Of a stretch of DNA of 64,000 nt, positions 1-8,906 are shown piece by piece (position 1 is the first letter of the stretch; each line of letters opens with the position of its first letter). Made by a program: the position numbers and the translations under genes. The DNA comes from an uncultured Bacilli bacterium (GTDB lineage Bacteria; Bacillota_I; Bacilli_A; RF39; UBA660), in the NCBI GenBank assembly GCA_947624505.1, contig CANQKO010000003.1:7835-71834 (forward strand), in the 5' to 3' direction. Below the pieces are notes generated by a model. That model made no database searches and was not told the origin of the DNA. It saw nothing but the letters and a program-made list of their open reading frames with translations.

Positions 1-2
1 CT

Positions 3-536
3 TTGGCTATTTTAGATTTTTTGAAAGATTATGAAATTGGAATACCTGAAAATTATGGGGTTCAAAAGTGGCTTTTAGAAGAAACAAGTAAAGGCAATAT
101 TGTTTTTGATTATGCTGATAATACTGCTAATTATGGGGGTAATGTTTTAACAGACTTTGGCTTTTGTCAATTTACAAGTTTATCGGAAAATGCCATCTAT
201 GTAATGATAACTTTTAATAATGGTGTGCCCAATTATTTAAGATATGATGTTTATAAAAATGATATAGAAAAACCAATATTATTAAAAATTCCTAATGAAG
301 ATTCTTTTTATGAAGTATTAGATCAAATTTCACTAGAGAGTTTATTAATTCCTAGTAAGATAATTGAAATTGATGGTCTTCATTATTTAATTATACCTAG
401 AATAATTAATGAATCTTGTTTTGTTTTTTGTGAAGAAACAGAAGAAGAATACTTTTCTTTAGGATCAAATATAGAAGAAATAAAAGAAAATTTATTAAAT
501 TATCCAAAAAGAAAATTATCAAGTTTAAAGATTTAA
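3..536 (+). CDS. hypothetical protein, 5' end outside window
   Basis: The frame is open from the window edge to TAA 534-536 (177 aa). I cannot assign any motif to a family. Confidence 0.5.
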   Translation: MAILDFLKDYEIGIPENYGVQKWLLEETSKGNIVFDYADNTANYGGNVLTDFGFCQFTSLSENAIYVMITFNNGVPNYLRYDVYKNDIEKPILLKIPNEDSFYEVLDQISLESLLIPSKIIEIDGLHYLIIPRIINESCFVFCEETEEEYFSLGSNIEEIKENLLNYPKRKLSSLKI

Positions 537-650
537 AATTAAAAATCCATTGGATTATTTTAAATTTTTTGGGTGCAAATAACAAAGTACTTAATTTATA
601 TCACTCCTTATTAATTAAATCATATATTAAATTAAGGGAGTCTATATTAT

Positions 651-2000
651 ATGAATAATTATGAAAAAGCCTTACAAAAAGTAAAATGCGCTAATAACTT
701 AAATAGCAAAATATACTATTGTTATGGTCCGACAGGTCCTGCAGGGACAGGCCTTAATATATTAGGCACATATGAATCAATAGATGATTTAATTAAAAAT
801 TATCCAACAGGTAATACAGGGGATAATTACATTATTAAAAATGATTTATATATATGGAGTGCAAATAATAAAAGTTGGCAAAATGCGGGGCCAATAGTAG
901 GACCCCAAGGAGAGATTGGTCCAACGGGACCGCAAGGTTTAGTTGGTCCAACCGGTCCTGCCGGAACCCCGGGAACAAGTGTTACCATTTTGGGATCTTT
1001 TGATACATTAGTGGCTTTACAACAAGAACATCCAGTTGGGAATAATGGTGACTCTTACTTAGTTGGACCCAATTTATATGTTTGGTCATCAGATCCGGAA
1101 GAATGGAAAAATGTTGGCGAAATAAAAGGTCCTAAAGGTGATATTGGTGAAAGAGGAATACAAGGCCCACAAGGGGAGCAAGGTATTCCAGGACCTCAAG
1201 GAATCCAAGGACCACCAGGTATTCAAGGGCCTAAAGGTGATCAAGGCATTCAAGGAGAAACTGACTTACAAGGTGAACAGGGAATTCAAGGCCCAATTGG
1301 CCCTCAAGGTATCCAAGGGGTTAAAGGAGATACAGGTCCACAGGGACCTAAAGGTGATCCCGGCGAAGTAGGTCCTATGGGTCCTCCAGGTGAGCGAGGT
1401 TTACAGGGCCCACAAGGTGAAAGAGGCCCTCAAGGTTTACCAGGAGATATGGGTTATCCTGGTCCCCCAGGTCCGGAAGGGCCTAAGGGAGAACAAGGTA
1501 TTCCTGGGCCTTTAGAAATTCCCAGTGCTTATTTCATAACAGCAAATGATGATCTTGATCCTTTAGGAATTACTATTAATCCCGGGGCAAGAATTCCTAT
1601 AGAAACCAAAATATATGATATGAATGAAAACTTTGAATTAGGTGAAGATAACACTATAACAATTAAAAATGGTGGTGTCTATAAAATTGATATAATGGTT
1701 GAAGCTTATGCTGCAAAAGCAGCAATATATCCGGGAAAACAAGGCGTTATTGGGGTTGGCTTAAAAAAAGTTGGTGAACCAACTATTTATGTTGGAGGAA
1801 GTGCGTGGGATTATCAAGAACCGGTAACAAGAATTATGGCTAGTGGTATTGTCACAACAGTATTAAGTAATGATCCTTTTGAATTAATAAATACTAGTCA
1901 AGAAGAGATTCATTTAGTAAGCCCTAGTAGCAATACTTTAGTGAATAATTCATTTTTTGCTAATCCAATTGTAACATTAGTTATTGAAAGATTAAAATAA
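651..2000 (+). CDS. collagen-like triple-helix repeat protein with BclA/C1q-like C-terminal globular domain
   Basis: The ATG is preceded by AAGGGAG. Gly-X-Y tracts cover aa 80-108 and aa 160-287 ([19 protein letters not shown]...). A ~45-aa module is duplicated before each tract. The C-terminus is ~160 aa and beta-rich. There is no signal peptide. Confidence 0.85.
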   Translation: MNNYEKALQKVKCANNLNSKIYYCYGPTGPAGTGLNILGTYESIDDLIKNYPTGNTGDNYIIKNDLYIWSANNKSWQNAGPIVGPQGEIGPTGPQGLVGPTGPAGTPGTSVTILGSFDTLVALQQEHPVGNNGDSYLVGPNLYVWSSDPEEWKNVGEIKGPKGDIGERGIQGPQGEQGIPGPQGIQGPPGIQGPKGDQGIQGETDLQGEQGIQGPIGPQGIQGVKGDTGPQGPKGDPGEVGPMGPPGERGLQGPQGERGPQGLPGDMGYPGPPGPEGPKGEQGIPGPLEIPSAYFITANDDLDPLGITINPGARIPIETKIYDMNENFELGEDNTITIKNGGVYKIDIMVEAYAAKAAIYPGKQGVIGVGLKKVGEPTIYVGGSAWDYQEPVTRIMASGIVTTVLSNDPFELINTSQEEIHLVSPSSNTLVNNSFFANPIVTLVIERLK

Positions 2001-2007
2001 GTAAAGC

Positions 2008-2484
2008 TTAATATTCTCTTAATATATAATGTTTGATATTTTTATTATTTAATATTTCTTTAACAATACTTGGTCTTATATCTAAATCATTTATTTCTTT
2101 TTTTAAAAACCAAATATTTTTAACATTATCTTTATCTAAAGTTTTTATTTCTTTTGTATTAACTAAATCTTTAATATTATTAATTTCATAAATAAATAAT
2201 AATTCGTGATATTTAGTCTTATTATGAATGAAAAAGTTTTCAACAACAGAATTTAGTTTTAAGTCTTGAACATTTATTTTTAGACCTATTTCTTCATTTA
2301 TTTCTCTAACTAAAGAATATTTACTATCTTCAAAATATTTAACTCTTCCCCCAATTAAAGAATAATACTTATCTTTATCACTTTTTTGTAATAATATTTT
2401 ATCATTAGTGGTTATTAAAGCCGCTACTCTTAAATTAAATTTAACTTCTTGTTCTTCATTTTTAAAAGTTATATCACTAGACAT
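2008..2484 (-). CDS. Nudix hydrolase
   Basis: Complete Nudix box GRVKYFEDSKYSLVREINEEIGL (G-x5-E-x7-REUxEExGU) in a 158-aa ORF. Confidence 0.8.
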   Translation of the reverse strand: MSSDITFKNEEQEVKFNLRVAALITTNDKILLQKSDKDKYYSLIGGRVKYFEDSKYSLVREINEEIGLKINVQDLKLNSVVENFFIHNKTKYHELLFIYEINNIKDLVNTKEIKTLDKDNVKNIWFLKKEINDLDIRPSIVKEILNNKNIKHYILREY

Positions 2485-2590
2485 ATTATCACATCCTTAA
2501 TAATATTATACACTATTTTTGTTGCATTTAAGTTTTAATTCGCTTAAAATAAAAAATTACAAAGCATATATTTTAAGGGAGATGATTTAA

Positions 2591-3376
2591 ATGAATTTGT
2601 TAGATAATATTATTTTAGATAATAGACATTATTTGATTTATCGTAATCAAGATGATAATATTACATCTTTTTTAAAAACTTTAGAAGAAGAATATAAGAT
2701 TTCGCTAGATTCTAATAAGCCTATAGTTATTAATTTAGATAAATATGGTTTACCTAAAGAAGTTAAAACTAATAATTTAGAAAATAATTATTTAAGTGTT
2801 TGTCATAGTGAATATTTAAATTTTACGATAATATATAATATTTTACAAAAATGTATTGAAAATATCCCTATTGATATTTTAAATAAACGTTTAGAAAGAT
2901 GCTTCTTTATTGTTAACCGTTATAGCCATACACCAGAAGAAAATATCAATAATACTATTGACTTGTTAAAAATACTAAATGATTCAAGAGATTTTTGGTT
3001 AGATTTTTATAAAACTTATGTTAATTTAGGCAAAGTAAAAAGTGTTGATTGTGTTAGGTTTCCTTTCATTGATTTATGTCATTTTATTGAGGTATTAAAA
3101 CAATCTTTAAATATTAATACTTATTTTGCTATTTGTATAAATGATATTGATAATGTAAGTTTAATGTCTACTAAATATCTTAATGATTTAATTTTTAGTA
3201 GAAATAATACTAATCTTTCTATTAAAGTGTTTACTGACTCTCGTAAGTATGCAACATATCTAACGACTACGGGAAAGTCTATTCAAAATACTCGTGATTA
3301 TGAAATTTTAGAATTTGATGATTCTTATAAAAAAGAAATGACGAGAATTAAAAAAATAAATAATAGCTATAAATAA
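2591..3376 (+). CDS. hypothetical protein
   Basis: 261-aa ORF with ATG preceded by AAGGGAG. No family recognised. Confidence 0.6.
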   Translation: MNLLDNIILDNRHYLIYRNQDDNITSFLKTLEEEYKISLDSNKPIVINLDKYGLPKEVKTNNLENNYLSVCHSEYLNFTIIYNILQKCIENIPIDILNKRLERCFFIVNRYSHTPEENINNTIDLLKILNDSRDFWLDFYKTYVNLGKVKSVDCVRFPFIDLCHFIEVLKQSLNINTYFAICINDIDNVSLMSTKYLNDLIFSRNNTNLSIKVFTDSRKYATYLTTTGKSIQNTRDYEILEFDDSYKKEMTRIKKINNSYK

Positions 3377-3420
3377 AAAATATTTTAATAGGTATAATAT
3401 GAAGTAGAGGTTCTATACTT

Positions 3421-4641
3421 ATGAATAGTAAATATTTTAAATTAACTCTACTAATTATAAATATTATATTAATATATTTATTTTATTTAGTTATGAAGGG
3501 AGAAAAAGAAATAATGATGGATAAGTATTATTTTACAAATAGTGATGTTAATTATACATATGAACAAGATAATGTTATATTAAGTTTAGAAGAAATTGAT
3601 GCCTATAATAAAGAGATAATGAGTAAAACTAGTGAATTATATAATTTAAATGATTATTATAAACTATCTAAAGATAAAATAAGAAAACTTATTTTAAGTT
3701 ATGAACTGCCCTCTGGTAAAAAATATTATAATGGTTTATTAATAGATGCGAAAACAAAAGAAGAAATACTTAATAATCGAAATTTAGAAAATATTCAAGA
3801 TATAAATGAACCAATCCTTGGTATAATTGTCAAAAGAGCTAACTTAAGAAGTTTTCCTACTAATATTAATTTTTATGATACTTTAAGTGCTGACTGTGAT
3901 CGCTTACAAGAAACGGAATTATTAGTTAATACAGGAGTATTAATATTAAGTGAAAGCAGGGATAAACTATGGTATTTTGTTGTTAGTCCTATATATATAG
4001 GATGGGTTTTAAAAGAAAATATTGCTTTAACTAATTTAAATGAATTTAATTTCTTTATTAATAGCAATGACTTTGGGGTAGTTATAGCTAAAAGTATTAA
4101 AATAGATGATATTGTTTTAGATATGAGTGTTAAATTACCAAAATATAATGATAAATATATTTTACCCGTTAAAAATAAAGATGGTTATGTAGAGGGAAGA
4201 AGCATTTTTATTAATAGCGAAGATATCTATGATAATTATTTACCATATAATAAAGAAAATGTTTTAAAAGAAGCTTTTAAATACGAGGGAACTTTATATA
4301 GCTGGGGTGGGTATAATAGTAATGTTGACTGTTCTAGTTTTATTAAAAATGTTTATGGAACATTTGGCTTTGTCTTTCCCAGAAACACTTCCAGTCAAAA
4401 TCAAAGTGCTGGTAAAGTTATTTCTTTAAGTAATAAAACAGATAGTGAAAAACTAGCACTAATTAAAGATACAGAACCAAGCTTATTATATCAAGAAGGG
4501 CACGTTATGCTTTATATAGGAATAAAAGATAATAAGTATTATATTATTCACGCTTCAGGCGAAGGTAGTGTACGCGTTAGTGTGTTAGATAATTCTAATT
4601 ATTTAAAAAAAATTAATAAGTTAGTTTTGGTGAGAAAATAA
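3421..4641 (+). CDS. membrane-anchored SH3b + NlpC/P60 (C40) cell-wall peptidase
   Basis: N-terminal hydrophobic anchor, then an SH3b-like segment (ANLRSFPT...WYFVVSPIYIGWV). The C-terminal C40 catalytic signature is YSWGG..VDCSSFIKNVY ... GHVMLYIG ... IIHAS. Confidence 0.8.
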   Translation: MNSKYFKLTLLIINIILIYLFYLVMKGEKEIMMDKYYFTNSDVNYTYEQDNVILSLEEIDAYNKEIMSKTSELYNLNDYYKLSKDKIRKLILSYELPSGKKYYNGLLIDAKTKEEILNNRNLENIQDINEPILGIIVKRANLRSFPTNINFYDTLSADCDRLQETELLVNTGVLILSESRDKLWYFVVSPIYIGWVLKENIALTNLNEFNFFINSNDFGVVIAKSIKIDDIVLDMSVKLPKYNDKYILPVKNKDGYVEGRSIFINSEDIYDNYLPYNKENVLKEAFKYEGTLYSWGGYNSNVDCSSFIKNVYGTFGFVFPRNTSSQNQSAGKVISLSNKTDSEKLALIKDTEPSLLYQEGHVMLYIGIKDNKYYIIHASGEGSVRVSVLDNSNYLKKINKLVLVRK

Positions 4642-4698
4642 AAATATTTAAATATAGTTAATAATATGATAAAATATTAATAGAAATGAGGTTTTTAG

Positions 4699-6273
4699 AT
4701 GAAAAAAAACATTATAACTATTAGTATTTTTTTACTAATAACTTTACTTTTATACTATTTTTTATTACCCCCAATTAATTTAAGTAGTCCATTATTTTGG
4801 GCTTTCATACTTTTTCTTCTTTGTTTATATGTCTTTGTATCATCCACTGTAAATACTATTCTTGGTAAAAGACTTTATTTTGAAATCATACATAAATATA
4901 TTATATATACAGTTGGTTTTTTAATTGTTATTATTGTTTTAGTTAACTTTATTTTATCACCAATCTTCCAAGCTAAAAATTATAGCGAGAGAATAATGGT
5001 TAATGAAGGTAAAACATTTATTGAAGATGTTAAAGAAGTAGATTTTAGTAAAATACCTCTTATTGATAAAGATAGTAGTGAAAAATTAGGAGACCGAAAG
5101 ATGGGCGAATTTACTTCTTGGGTTAGTCAATTTTATGTAAGTGATTTATATACACAAATAAATTATAATAATGAAATTGTCAGAGTAACACCACTTGAAT
5201 ATGCTAGCATTATTAAATATTTTACTAACAGAAGTGATGGAATAAAGGGATATATTACCGTTGATTCTGTAACTGGTGCATCTTCTTTAAAACAACTTAC
5301 TAAAGGAATGCGTTATGTTCCAAGTGCCTTATTCTTTGAAAATTTATATCGAAAATTAAGAATAAGCTACCCATTTACGATCTTTGATGAAGAATCTTTT
5401 GAAATAGATAATGAAGGTAATCCTTATTGGATTGTACCAACAGTTAAATATAGTGGAATAGGTTTAAGAAAAGAAATAACGGGTGCGGTTATTTTAGATC
5501 CTATAACTGGTAAATCAGAAAAATATCAATTAGATGAGATTCCTTCTTGGGTAGATCACGTATTTAGTGCTGATTTAATTATTGAACAAATTGATGACTG
5601 GGGCGAATATCGTAATGGCTTTTTAAATTCAATCTTTGGTCAAAAAGATGTTATAAATACCACAGATGGTTATAATTATTTGGTTATGGATGATGATGTT
5701 TATTTATATACCGGTATAACTTCTGTATCAAGTGATGAATCTAACTTAGGCTTTGTTTTAGTTAACTTAAGAACTAAAGAAACCAATTATTATTTAGCTC
5801 CAGGGGCAGAAGAATACAGTGCAATGGCCTCAGCTGAAGGGTTAGTTCAAGAAAAAGGTTATGTTGCATCATTCCCTCTTTTAATTAATTTAAATAATAA
5901 ACCAACGTATTTACTTAGTTTAAAAGATGATGCTGGTCTTGTTAAAATGTATGCCTTTATTGATGTTGAAGATTATCAAAAGGTTGTTGTTGGTGAAGCA
6001 TCTTTAGGAATCGAGGCTGCCGCAAATAAATATTTGAAAGAAAATAATTTTAATACAGGTAATTTAATTACTAATAATATTATAATTAAAGATATCACTA
6101 ATGCTGTAATAGATGGAAATACTTATTATTATTTAACTGATAATGATAATAATTTATACTATGCCAATATCAATATTGCTAAAATTAAATTACCATTTTT
6201 GAAAAAAGGAATGGAAATAAGAATAACTTACACTGATGGTGATGTAAGAGAAATATTTAGTATGGAGGATTAA
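4699..6273 (+). CDS. membrane protein of unknown function (3 N-terminal TM segments + large extracytoplasmic domain)
   Basis: 524-aa ORF with AGGTTTTTAG ATG context. Three hydrophobic helices lie in the first ~95 aa. No catalytic motif recognised. Confidence 0.6.
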   Translation: MKKNIITISIFLLITLLLYYFLLPPINLSSPLFWAFILFLLCLYVFVSSTVNTILGKRLYFEIIHKYIIYTVGFLIVIIVLVNFILSPIFQAKNYSERIMVNEGKTFIEDVKEVDFSKIPLIDKDSSEKLGDRKMGEFTSWVSQFYVSDLYTQINYNNEIVRVTPLEYASIIKYFTNRSDGIKGYITVDSVTGASSLKQLTKGMRYVPSALFFENLYRKLRISYPFTIFDEESFEIDNEGNPYWIVPTVKYSGIGLRKEITGAVILDPITGKSEKYQLDEIPSWVDHVFSADLIIEQIDDWGEYRNGFLNSIFGQKDVINTTDGYNYLVMDDDVYLYTGITSVSSDESNLGFVLVNLRTKETNYYLAPGAEEYSAMASAEGLVQEKGYVASFPLLINLNNKPTYLLSLKDDAGLVKMYAFIDVEDYQKVVVGEASLGIEAAANKYLKENNFNTGNLITNNIIIKDITNAVIDGNTYYYLTDNDNNLYYANINIAKIKLPFLKKGMEIRITYTDGDVREIFSMED

Positions 6274-6274
6274 A

Positions 6275-7334
6275 TTGATAGATATAGATAAATTAGAAGA
6301 AAATATTTTAAGTATTGGGAGGTCTCTTTGACGTATCTAATTTAAAAGTAAAATTACAAGAATTAGAAAGTATTATTAACAAAGAGGATTTTTGGCAAGA
6401 TTTTGATAAAGCGAATAATATTAATAAAGAATATTTAAATATTAAAAAGACTGTTAATTCTTATGAATCTTTAGTTGATAAATTAAATACTTTAAAACTT
6501 TTACAAAATGAATTTAGTGAAGAAGAATTAAATAGGGAATTAGGCAATTTAAATGGTGAAGTTACGGAATTAGAAAAATTAATTCATTTAAGTGGAGAGT
6601 ATGATAATTTAAATTGTTATTTAGAAATTCATCCTGGTGCTGGTGGTACTGAATCTTGTGACTGGGCTAGTATGCTTTTAAGAATGTATGAAAGATTCTG
6701 TGAAAAAAATGGTTTTAATTATGAAGTTATTTACGAAAATAAGGGTGAAGAAGCCGGAATAAAAGCTACTAATATTCTAATTAAAGGTGAACTTATATAT
6801 GGTTATTTAAAAAAAGAATCTGGGGTTCATCGTTTAGTTAGAATTTCTCCTTTTGATAGTAATAAAAGAAGACATACTTCTTTTGCTTCCGTAACCGTAA
6901 CCCCAGAATTTATTAACACTCCCAATATTGAAATAAATGAAAATGATTTAAAGATAGATGTTTTTCATTCTAGTGGAGCTGGTGGTCAGTCAGTTAACAC
7001 TTCTAATTCAGCGGTTAGAATAACCCATCTTCCCTCTAAAATAGTTGTTAACTGTCAAAATGAAAGAAGCCAACTTAAGAATAAAGAAATGGCTATAAAA
7101 ATTCTTAAAAATAAATTATATGAAAAATACTTAGAAGAAGAGGATAATAAAATAAATTCTCTTAAAGATACATCTAAGAATATTGAATTTGGTAATCAAA
7201 TAAGAAGTTATATTTTAGAGCCTTACAAATTAGTTAAGGATACAAGAAGTAATTATGAAAGCAATGAACCAGATAAAATTCTTGATGGTGATATTTTAGA
7301 AATGTTAGAATTTAATTTAAAAAACATTAAGTAA
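6275..7334 (+). CDS. prfB: peptide chain release factor 2, expressed through a programmed +1 frameshift
   Basis: Frame 0 runs TTG 6275 ... AGG TCT CTT TGA(6329-6331). The +1 frame continues from GAC 6330 to TAA 7332-7334. The SPF tripeptide (RISPFDS) and GGQ (SGAGGQSVN) are present. Confidence 0.92.
6317..6332 (+). promoter_or_regulatory. RF2 autoregulatory +1 frameshift site (internal SD-like GGGAGG + CTT TGA C)
   Basis: GGGAGG 6317-6322 lies 3 nt upstream of the slippery CTT 6326-6328, followed by in-frame TGA and C. This is the canonical prfB recoding signal. Confidence 0.9.
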
Positions 7335-7338
7335 TAAA

Positions 7339-8571
7339 CTATTTAATGTTTTTTATTTTCTCTAACAAAGCATTCTTAATATCATCATCAGTAAGAAGGT
7401 TTATTGAAAATGTTTTACTTCCAATATGATTAATGGAGGTACCACAGTGATAAATTATTTTCTTATCAATTATAAAATATCGATCGTGATAATCTTCATT
7501 ATACTTTATCTTTAAATTATGATACTGTTCTTGATACTTTTTAATATCTATTTCTTTTAAACATCTATTTTTCTTAACTATTAATGTTACCGGTACTTTA
7601 ATATTTCTTATTATATCTAAGACTATTTTATCTGCATAACCATCTATTATTATTAATTCTTCCTTAGCCATTTTAAAGATATCTACTATTTTGGAATAAG
7701 CATCATATATTTGACCTTGAAAATAAATTTCACTATTTTTCTTTTCTTCCCTAAAACTATTAAATGACTCTTGTAATAATTTGATATCTTCAGTATTTTT
7801 AAATACTTGATTATAAATATTTCTTTGTTCAAGTAATTCTCTCGAAAGATACTTTCGCATTAAGACAAAAGCTTCCATTATAGCCACACTTATTTTAGCA
7901 GCGACATCCGTTCTTAAAACTGCAGAAAGCATTGCAACACCTTCTTCGGTAAAAGCATATGGCAAGTATTTAATATTGTGACCAAGACGATTCAAGGTTT
8001 CAATTTGAAACCTTGAATTGCATTTTATCTCATCCAAAGTAAGTTGAAACATAAACTTTTCAGGGAATCTTTCAATGTTTCTTTTGACTGCTAAATTGAT
8101 TGTTTTGGTACCATTTTTACAGTTATAAAGAACAGCTAAATCGCTATCTAACATTACTTGAACACCTCTTATTTCATAAATCAAATTGGTTATTTTTTGC
8201 CCATTATATGGGACAATTTCGGTATTTTCTACTTTTTCAATTTCATTTTCATTCTTTAACCATTCAATAAATTTTTCTTTCTTTTTGCTGGGAATATAAT
8301 TTATTAAATTTATTAAATTTTTGCTATCTATTACATCGGTTAGATAACTTTTTCCATCGATGGACTGCATTTTCAGTTGTCCGATTTTACCGGACAACTG
8401 ACTGCCATTTTTTGCTAATTCTGACTTTAAATCATTCCAATATTTTCTTGATCTTTCACTTTCTGTTAAAATGCTTATGACATCTACAATACTGTAATAA
8501 ACTACGTTATTAACTGTAATATATCTTATTTTTTTATTTTCATATTCTTTAATAATTGTTTCATTTTCCAT
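7339..8571 (-). CDS. BRO-N-like / ORF6N domain protein with C-terminal PLD(HKD)-like module
   Basis: ORF6N signature IRGVQVMLDSDLAVLYNCKNGTKTINLAVKRNIERFPEKFMFQLT. BRO/KilA-like N-terminus. The C-terminal YHDRYFIIDKKIIYHCGTSIN resembles HxK(x)4D...GSxN with K replaced by R. Confidence 0.65.
   Translation of the reverse strand: MENETIIKEYENKKIRYITVNNVVYYSIVDVISILTESERSRKYWNDLKSELAKNGSQLSGKIGQLKMQSIDGKSYLTDVIDSKNLINLINYIPSKKKEKFIEWLKNENEIEKVENTEIVPYNGQKITNLIYEIRGVQVMLDSDLAVLYNCKNGTKTINLAVKRNIERFPEKFMFQLTLDEIKCNSRFQIETLNRLGHNIKYLPYAFTEEGVAMLSAVLRTDVAAKISVAIMEAFVLMRKYLSRELLEQRNIYNQVFKNTEDIKLLQESFNSFREEKKNSEIYFQGQIYDAYSKIVDIFKMAKEELIIIDGYADKIVLDIIRNIKVPVTLIVKKNRCLKEIDIKKYQEQYHNLKIKYNEDYHDRYFIIDKKIIYHCGTSINHIGSKTFSINLLTDDDIKNALLEKIKNIK
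8374..8400. repeat. perfect 10-bp-stem hairpin CAGTTGTCCG-ATTTTAC-CGGACAACTG inside the CDS
   Basis: Read directly. It encodes QLSGKIGQL on the minus strand. Partner copy at 8678-8704. Confidence 0.9.
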
Positions 8572-8613
8572 TAATTAAACCCCACCTTCATAATTATTAA
8601 TTTTATTTCAAAG

Positions 8614-8630
8614 CGTTACAATTTGTAACG
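8614..8630. promoter_or_regulatory. 17-nt palindrome CGTTACAA-T-TTGTAACG in the leader of the ORF6N gene (possible operator)
   Basis: Perfect 8-nt arms, 43-59 nt upstream of the minus-strand ATG at 8571. Flanked by TTTCAAA direct repeats. Confidence 0.35.
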
Positions 8631-8677
8631 GTTTCAAATTATCTTTTTAATTCATTAATTAAAACAATTTTGTTTTT

Positions 8678-8704
8678 CAACTGTCCGATTTTACCGGACA
8701 GTTG
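8678..8704. repeat. perfect hairpin CAACTGTCCG-ATTTTAC-CGGACAGTTG in the intergenic leader
   Basis: It has the same inner stem and loop as 8374-8400, with the outer 6-nt arms exchanged. The stem extends to 12 bp with flanking TT/AA. Confidence 0.9.
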
Positions 8705-8906
8705 AATTACATTTTAAGGTTATAAATTAATACTTTATTCTCTGATAAACCCATCATACTACTACGAACATACATTTGTCAATAACTATCTTGCTATTTT
8801 TTAAAAAAATTATTAATTTATCTTAAATTGCTTTTTTAAAGGTTTATTTGTGATAATTTGGTGATATTACTTGCTATAAAAGAAACTTTAATATAAAATA
8901 TTCATT

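Noticed and set aside
1138-1371. 77-aa ORF in an alternate frame of the collagen-like gene
   Set aside because: It lies wholly inside the Gly-X-Y repeat region. Its Lys/Glu/Val-rich periodic sequence is the automatic by-product of reading GGN-NNN-NNN repeats out of frame, and it has no RBS.
3873-4067. 64-aa antisense ORF inside the NlpC/P60 gene
   Set aside because: It is the antisense of a well-supported CDS. It has low-complexity Leu/Ser/Lys composition and no RBS.
6326-6332. Alternative genetic code (TGA = Trp, Mollicutes-like), suggested by the extreme AT content
   Set aside because: RF2 is present and regulated through an in-frame TGA. Many ORFs end in TGA-free but standard stops, penicillin-binding proteins are present, and no conserved protein requires read-through of TGA.
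8374-8704. Invertible (phase-variable) promoter segment bounded by the twin hairpins
   Set aside because: The asymmetric loop ATTTTAC has the same orientation in both copies, so the sites are direct, not inverted. No invertase gene is nearby. Deletion-type recombination remains only a speculation in the finding.
8640-8720. Leader peptide (uORF) encoding ...QLSGKIGQLKNKIVLINELKR upstream of the ORF6N gene
   Set aside because: The frame is bounded by TAA on both sides. It has no ATG/GTG/TTG start and no RBS. The match to the coding copy is confined to the palindromic hairpin.
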